A stretch of DNA of 64,000 nt, taken from assembly GCF_006345805.1 (NCBI RefSeq), contig NC_043009.1:29822001-29886000 (forward strand). Direction: 5' to 3'. The DNA is from Octopus sinensis. Lineage: Eukaryota. Under the pieces are notes generated by a model. That model was not told the origin of the DNA and made no database searches. It saw nothing but the letters and a program-made list of their open reading frames with translations. How positions within the stretch are numbered: position 1 is the first letter of the stretch; every line of letters starts with the position of its first letter. The position numbers and the translations under genes were made by a program. Shown here piece after piece: positions 56,053 to 64,000 of this stretch.

Positions 56053-56637
56053 CCTCCACTCTTCTCTCTCACCTACTACCGTTCCTCTCTTGCTCTGACT
56101 CCTACTTCACTTCACTCCTACTCTCCTTCTCTTTTCTCTTCCTCCTACCCACCTTCACCCTTCCTCCTCTCCTTTAATCGTCACCCTCCCTCATAATACC
56201 ACCACTACCTAATCCAACCACACCTTCACTATCCATCCCTTACACCCACTTCCACATACCCCACCTCTACTCCCACCCTTTATTTCCCCACTTTCGTCTC
56301 CCCCACATCCCAACACCATCACACCACACACCACAACACCACCATACTATACAACACAAAATCACACCACACCACCACGCACATACTGGTACTAACTACT
56401 TCTCTGCTTCACATCCACACACCTACACATGCACACACGCACACGTCGAGGTCACCAGCTCTCTTCCACACGCACATACATGACCTCTTATACACATGCA
56501 CGCGCACCTTCGTTTTCGATCACCACTACTTTATCATCTCCCCTCCTTCCTAGCTCTCCTGTGTGAACCCTCTGTCCGGCATTCGCGATGATAGATCGCT
56601 AGCAACTACACATTATTTTCTCTCCTTGTTTCTTTCT

Positions 56638-56681
56638 GTCTTCATTTCTGTAGAAGAGCGTAGGCTCGAAACGTTAAAGAC
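56638..56681 (+). ncRNA. PLE-terminal hammerhead-ribozyme-like motif with non-canonical core
   Basis: CTGTAGA (canonical CUGANGA) plus an extra A, perfect stem II GAGC-gtag-GCTC, GAAA, palindromic ACGT, and possible helix I ttt/aaa with gtctt/aagac. Confidence 0.5.
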
Positions 56682-56798
56682 TTATTAACTTCCCGAGCGT
56701 TAAACTAATACTTCTGTTTGTTGTTAACCGCCTGTCTTCGTCTTTTTTTTTGTGGATTCTCCCTATACATACTTACATATAATATATATATATATTAT

Positions 56799-56885
<87 letters not shown>

Positions 56886-57377
56886 TGTATATATATATAT
56901 CTATATATGCATGTATATATATATATATAATATATATATACACACATGTGCGCATGTCTGTATATTTGTATATGTATATATAAGCCATTCCTACGCAAAA
57001 CATAATTCTGTATCTTATTATGTATATCACTGTCAATGGAAGTGCTCGACGGTATTTTCGTAAGCGTTTGTATGTTTTCTATTATTTTTCTCATAATTCA
57101 GTGTTTGTATACCTTCAACATATATTCCTAGACTTTATGCACACAGGCACACACATTTCATCAAAGGATGTTTGAAAGTAAAGCGGAGAATTTGTAATTT
57201 TTAAGTTCCAAATATGGTTCATCTCTACAAATGTTCAGCTATATATATGTGTAGCATTGTTATGTTCTAGCTTTGCGTATGAGTTTTATAATTTGTGAAT
57301 ATTGTACTAATGTTTCATCATGCAGAACTACATTTCATCAAAAAATTGTTTCCAAAATTGAATGTTTGAACAAAATC

Positions 57378-57785
57378 TGGCTGTGTGGTAAGTAGCTTGC
57401 TAACCAACCACAACGTTCCGGGTTCAATCCCACTGCGTGGCATCTTAGGCAAGTGTCTTCTGCTATAGCCCCGGGCCGACCAATGCCTTGTGAGTGGATT
57501 TGGTAGACGGAAACTGAAAGAAGCCTGTCGTATATATGTATATATATATGTATGTGTGTGTGTTTGTGTGTCTGTGTTTGTTCCCCTAGCATTGCCTGTC
57601 AACCGATGCTGGTGTGTTTAGTCCCCGTCATATAGCGGTTCTGCAAAAAGAGACCGATAGAATAAGTACTGGGCTTACAAAAAGAATAAGTCCCGGGGTC
57701 GAGTTGCTCGACTAAAGGCGCTGCTCCAGCATGGCCGCAGTCAAATGACTGAAACAAGTAAAAGAGTAAAAGAGTAAAGAGAGTA
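57378..57785 (+). mobile_element. SINE family A, best-preserved copy
   Basis: A-box-like tggctgtgtggt (57378-57389), B box ggttcaatccc (57421-57431), internal TA/TG microsatellite, full 3' half and (aaagagt)n tail. Confidence 0.92.
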
Positions 57786-58236
57786 AATTTTGTATTCTAA
57801 ATATACCTCAAATAGCAGAAAAAGAAAGAGACAGGAAGAGAAGAAGGGGAAAAGAGAGAAAGAAGGCTAAAAGACTTTCAGTGATGACCACACCTGTTTC
57901 CCTTTTTTTTCTTTCTTTTCTTGAAGAGGTCACCATTTTTAAGCCCATTGACTAAATAAATGAATGAATGGTGAACAGGAAGGGGGATCTCTCTTCTCCT
58001 CTCTCTCCCTTCCCATCTTTCTATCTATTCTATCTCCATTGTCATAGAACCTCACCCAAAAGAACCAAAACAATGTTCTTCGATTCTAAACAAAGCCCAC
58101 CCCAAAAACGTCTATTTGTACATTCACAAAATTCGAGAAAGAATGAAAGCGCTAATAATAATGAATAAATAAATAAAAATTTCCAAAATTATGGCGACAT
58201 TTTTCTCATTATTCAATATCTGTACACCATACCTAA

Positions 58237-58239
<3 letters not shown>

Positions 58240-58326
<87 letters not shown>

Positions 58327-58353
58327 ATATAGATATCTTATTATAATATATAT

Positions 58354-58395
<42 letters not shown>
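58240..58395. repeat. (CT)n-(TA)n microsatellite, representative of many long (TA)n arrays (e.g. ~10975-11030, 11258-11360, 15485-15615, 20600-20690, 54960-55095, 56780-56945)
   Basis: Read directly. These arrays generate the many YIYIYI ORFs. Confidence 0.95.
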
Positions 58396-58397
<2 letters not shown>

Positions 58398-61026
58398 CTC
58401 AACGTTTAAGGTGTTGCTCTTTTGATCTCTATTGCACTTCTGTTTTTTCTTTTATCAAACTACAATTCACTTTAATGCGGGTCTATTGAAAACGTTCGTG
58501 GGATTTTAAGATTGTTGAATAATTATTTCCTAATTACGTAAAATAAATTTGTTCGTATTGATTTTCACCAATACTTTACGGCGGGACATATAATGTATAC
58601 CACATTGCTTTGTGCTTAAAGATTGTAACAGTGAATATTTTAATATATATTATGGAATCAGCAAAACTTTGAACGTAGAATACTTGCATTAACACCCACT
58701 TTTAGTAATGATGTGAAAGAAGTCGTACTTGATTGATAAATACAGATCTGAATTATAACTGCAAAATATTTTCAGGAGCTGGTGGAATACGCATATATAT
58801 CTGTCATTTCGTCTTCAACTATGACTTGCTACACGATTACACAGGGATTCTGTTAACAGATAACTCATATTACTACGCCGCACTACTTATAATCGATGGA
58901 AGTGTAGCAAATTTATCCGAGGATTAAAACTGGCAGAAACAACTTAGTACACTTTACTCACCTATAATAGTATATTAATGATTGTACCAAGATTTGAACT
59001 GATAACTACATCGTCTAATGTCGGTATTTTTATTACCAATCCATGAAACTTTTACGCTGCATCATAACACCTTTGAAATCTTGTTTATGACACTAGTACA
59101 CTCTGGAACAATTTATATCCGTTTGTCATCACTATATAATTAATATATATAGTATACTATTATAATATACACACACACACACAAACACACATAAGCCTCA
59201 GTGAATGAAGATATTTCACTTATAAAGACGGCATATTTGAGTTTCTTTGCACTACTTACTTAAGTCAGGCTGAAAGTGATGCTCCATTGTTAAGTGCAAT
59301 AAACCCACGTAGTTTAAATCTCAATAACATTGTTCCAGTACTGGCCGAAATTTCCTCTAGTTATGGAACAACCCAATTTCCAGACATTCCGAAACCGCTA
59401 CCAATATTTGAATCCATTACACGTAAGTATAGCTTGATGGTCTGGTGCGCCACACGTCGTTAGAGAAAATGTGAGAAAATTGTTGACGTAACTAACTTTT
59501 ATACAAAACTTTGTTCAGAATTGAACACGCGTTAATCCTGTTGCTATCAAACTATTAGCATTTTGGATAAAACAGACTTTTCCTTTTAACCAAAAGAAAA
59601 GGAGGGAAAAGCAATAAAAGATAGAAATAACACTATAGAAATTATTCTATGGTCTAATCAGTGAAAAACAAAAGTTACAAAGATAACAAAAAAAAAAAAA
59701 ATTGAAGAGGGCTGCCCTAAACTACTTACCTCAATGACGGCAAATATTAAGAACCGATGCCAAGTTTATTCATTTTGGAAACACCAGACTTTGATTTCTA
59801 ATGAAGTGTAAATATGTAATTTGCATTTCAGCTTCAGTGAGTTTTTCATTGGTAAGCTGCGTACTGCTGCCAAAAATACCTCCACAGCAGCAGATAAAGC
59901 ATTGGTTATTATTTAAAATGACAATGACTGGTCGGTATTGTAAGCAGCAGACTTCTGAGTCATCGACTCCCACAAGGCTTCCTGTTTTTGCTATTGACAT
60001 TCAATTGATTTCTCCCCCATTCCCTTTGTCTCTCTATCAGTCTCACTTTCCCTCTGTTAAAAGATATCACATCGGTTTATGCAAACTCTGTCAGACTGCA
60101 GAACCGAAAATATCTATTCTGAACTGGAGTTAATTCAGTAATGAGATGTATGTACACATATATACGTGTGTGTATGTGTGTGGATATATTTCAGTATGAG
60201 TTTTTAAGGATGCGTGTACGCTAACGGATTTGCAAATATACAATCAAATATATGCAAATACATGCAAACATATATGCACACATACACATACAGCGATGGA
60301 TGTGTATGTATATATGTCTCTGAATAGCTCGTTCTCCCTTTTATATTTCTCTCCCTATACAGGACTACAAATACACACACACACACACACCACATATAAC
60401 CATGTGTGCATTTGACTGTGTGCCAAGGTGTGCATAGAAGTATTTACAATGCAATTATATACAACGAAATGTATGGGTATATGTGCGAATGCTTTTGATT
60501 TCGTATAAATAAATAGATAAGAAAAAGAAAGCGTAGTCTTATACATGCATATGTATGCAAACACATACACACACATGATCACACACGCACACACATACGC
60601 AAATATATTATACATGGATGCATACATTCATATAAAACATATACATCAATGTACGTTGCAATACTCAAGTTATCTGGAAAACTGATTTCGAGTTATCTCA
60701 CCGTTAACAAGAACAAAACTGCCACATAAATATATCTAATAACATAATCACTTTTAACAGTGGTCTCTGGAGCTCGGTTACTTGTGTTTGTCGAAGTAGT
60801 TTTGGAAACACATAACCAGAATGAACTAGCAAGCGTGTTATAGGAGCGAAAGAGAAAGGTAATACACACACACAGAAATGCATATACACACACACACACT
60901 CACACACATACACACGCACATACACACTCACATATATACACACGAACATACACACTCACACACATACACATGCACATACACACACAAATATATATAATGC
61001 AATTTATACATGTACTATATATATAG

Positions 61027-61059
<33 letters not shown>

Positions 61060-61103
61060 ATGTATGTATGTATGTATGTATGTATGTTATATATATATAT
61101 ATA

Positions 61104-61143
<40 letters not shown>

Positions 61144-63519
61144 TTGTATGTATGAATAATTGTATGTATATACATACACAGGTGTTTCATTCTCGCTTGT
61201 GGCAGCATTTTGCTGCTGAAGATTAAAGGTTAATTATCCTAAACAACAGATAAAAAAAAAACTTATATAGAAAAATATACACAAAAAGCCTTTAGTGCCT
61301 ACATTGATTCAAATTAAGAATTTGATTCGTGTAAAAACGTTAAGCAAGTTTTTACACTGGAAAACCTCCAGTGTACACAAGGTCAGAAGTCTTTCGCTGT
61401 GCAGGGAAATTCACTGCGTAGTTTCTGTGTGTGAAAACACTGTTTTGTACTTACAAATAAATCACTTTGGAAAAACAAATATATTTTATACAACGATTGA
61501 TTATGAATATATTCACTCATATCATGAAATCCACTGATATTGCACGCTTAATTGCGTAGATATGAATAGTAGTAAGAAGGTAACGAAATGTTGGTTAAAT
61601 TCTCGGGACAATATGTTTCCCGCCAGTTTCACCTTCTACTACATCTTTCACATCTTCACTCACCATCTTATTCAAAAATTGTTATTTGAATTCTTGTTTC
61701 CTTGCAAAGAACAGTAGTTCTATTTAAATTTTGCTGCAGCTGTACAACATATCCCCTTTTCAGTGTAAATATGAACAGTGGATATTCCATCAATTTTGCA
61801 GTTGTTTATGATTTCTAGTGGAAAATTTTTACAAATTGCTTTCACAATCAGATATCAAGAGTATTGTAAGTTACCATTTTAAGTGTAAAATATGTTGGCA
61901 ATTTCTTTGTTTATAGAGTTAACATCAGCTTTGTTAAGAAATAATATTGATTGGTTGGTGAATTTTTCAGTAAACAAAGAGTAACAAAACAAATGAGTTA
62001 TTATTTCAGATTCACTTCATAGAAACATAATATTCCCAAACATCTGAATCTAGCATTTTCTTCACCCGACCATCCCCAGAGAAAGCAGAAAATCACCCCA
62101 ACAACGGACATTTTGACTCAGTAGTCACATATTCATGGCAAATATAATTTTCATTACTTGATTTTAAAATGAAGAATGGCCCATAACTATCTTCATGACT
62201 ATAACAGTCCCACCAGCTTCTAGAGAATTGAGAGTATTTGTCGAAAATCTGAAACCATCATGAATTGTCAAAAATTAAGAAATATACACAGGCTTCGCAC
62301 ACATGCGTGGACACTTATGTCCACGTATGTGTGTAAAGTTATTAAATACAACACGTAATGAAGTGCTTTATTACAACAAGTGATACCAGATTCGAAATAT
62401 GTTTGCCTGTTTGCCATTTTCGTTACAGCTGCAAACACAATGCATGTGAATAGAATATTAAATATAGACAATTGAATGAAGCGAGGCACTAGTTACACAG
62501 AACATTGCTTTTAATCTTGTACATGCAGCAGGAAGACATACACGACTCAAACATGCTTCCAAATACCAGAGACGATTCCGATTGGCATACGTCTTTTCTG
62601 TAACCTCCAGAGCTATCAACAAGTAACAGACGCGAAATGTAGATGTTAGATATAACAACCAGAAACGAACAAAGATATGCCATTGCCCTCATTTCAATCC
62701 TTCTTTCTGAATGTTTGCCTTAGTTTGCCATTGGTTTAACTGGGTATATCCTGAAGTATTTCAAACTACACTGATACCCAAGGATAAACAATGAAATAAA
62801 TTTCGATTTAGGAGGTTGTAACTTGCCAAATCAGAAACAATCTTTTATATCTTTTCATCAAATTCGTCAAGATTCACGATTCGATTATCTTCTTCAGAAA
62901 CAAATGTTAATTTGGTTAATGATATTACTTCAGAGACTATCGTTTGTCGTAGGCTGCAGCATGAGTTTTTAGTTGACTAAATAGCAGCTGTTTGATTTAA
63001 AAGTAAAATGCGTACCAAGGGCTGCCCTGCATTGAGCACAGTGCCCTTACCACTAGACGTCGCTGCTTTGCTAACACATTGATGTAAGTACAAACACACA
63101 TGTGCGCGCACGTCTGTGTATATTTACGCGTGTGTATACATATGCGTATATGTGTTTGTGATTGTGCGTAAAATATAATTTAATTACATTCAGTTTTATA
63201 TGACTTGAAAAAAACTAGGTCAATTTCTTGTGAAAGTATGTATAAACAGAAGCTGTAGAAATGTACTTTATATGGTTACAAAGATTTGTAAATTCTCGCG
63301 TTTCTTCACCTTAGCTATCTTATATGAAATATAAGTTTACAATCGCATCTACATATCTGTGAACCTATAACTACACGATGACGTACAAATATTCAGATTA
63401 TATTAAAGCGGTTTTCAAAATTTACGACCCTGATTTAATTTTCCGAAACTCGCGAAGATTTAATTTCAACATTCAAAAGGTAAAATGCTTCCAGTTATTG
63501 ACAGAAGTAAATTTTTTCT

Positions 63520-63555
<36 letters not shown>

Positions 63556-63758
63556 CATTTCAATATAAAAAAAAGGTGTATTATAAATATCAAATATCAT
63601 TAAGTAAGAATAGAGATATTTCGTGGATATAAATAATTTAACATTTTTAATAATGTTAATAAAATCTTGTAAATGTTAAAAATTAATTCATATTCATGAA
63701 ATACGTCCATTTTCTTAATAATAATACTACTACTACTAATAATAATATAATAATAATA

Positions 63759-63792
<34 letters not shown>

Positions 63793-63800
63793 TATATATC

Positions 63801-63861
<61 letters not shown>

Positions 63862-64000
63862 AAAGAGAGAGAGAGAGTAGAGTCCACAGTGATATGTATA
63901 TATATATATATATATATATAGTTAATCCAAACAAGGAAGCACAAAAAAACACAACAATGCGAGGACGTGGAACAAATATAGACGCTCAGGAAAGAAGGAA

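Larger units (their letters stand above)
55759..56765 (+). mobile_element. Penelope-like element 3' portion (endonuclease, C/T-rich 3' UTR, terminal motif)
   Basis: GIY-YIG frame, followed by about 600 nt of pyrimidine/CA-rich UTR and the terminal gaagagcgtaggctcgaaacgt motif. Confidence 0.8.

Noticed and set aside
57378-57450. tRNA genes at the SINE heads
   Set aside because: A/B-box-like motifs are present, but I see no cloverleaf, and the heads run into SINE bodies.
59730-59800. 68-nt minus-strand exon with strong GAG|GTAAGT donor
   Set aside because: It has stops in all three frames and no neighbouring exon to link to. Such isolated signals are expected by chance.
62268-62692. Cys-rich, signal-peptide-like minus-strand ORFs (MRAMAYLCSF..., MPRFIQLSIF...)
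   Set aside because: They are short, one starts at GTG, no family motif is recognisable, and there is no consistent splice structure.

Overview
This is an AT-rich eukaryotic genomic window, most likely from an octopus (coleoid cephalopod). That assignment is inferred from the very dense (TA)n/(CA)n/(GATA)n/(CATA)n/trinucleotide microsatellites and from SINE families that I recognise from recall as Octopus-type. I found no host protein-coding exon that I can support. Nearly all ORFs in the supplied track are microsatellite translations or short chance ORFs, many with TTG/GTG starts. The supportable content is transposon-derived. It includes about 16 tRNA-derived SINE copies or fragments of three families, two RTE-LINE 3' fragments and a decayed DD37D (maT) Tc1/mariner transposase. 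It also includes an older mariner-like trace, a TA-flanked MITE, a 157-bp palindrome, and several Penelope-like (PLE) remnants. One PLE remnant has a stop-free GIY-YIG endonuclease frame that the ORF track missed. The most interesting signals are structured-RNA candidates: PLE-terminal hammerhead-ribozyme-like motifs (about 56.65 kb, 20.1 kb, 49.56 kb), a stand-alone minimal hammerhead-like motif with an intact core at 14.43 kb, and several fold-back elements. A 423-bp tandem duplication, apparently identical outside its (TA)n tracts, may be real or an assembly artefact. All alignments were done by eye, so element boundaries are approximate.
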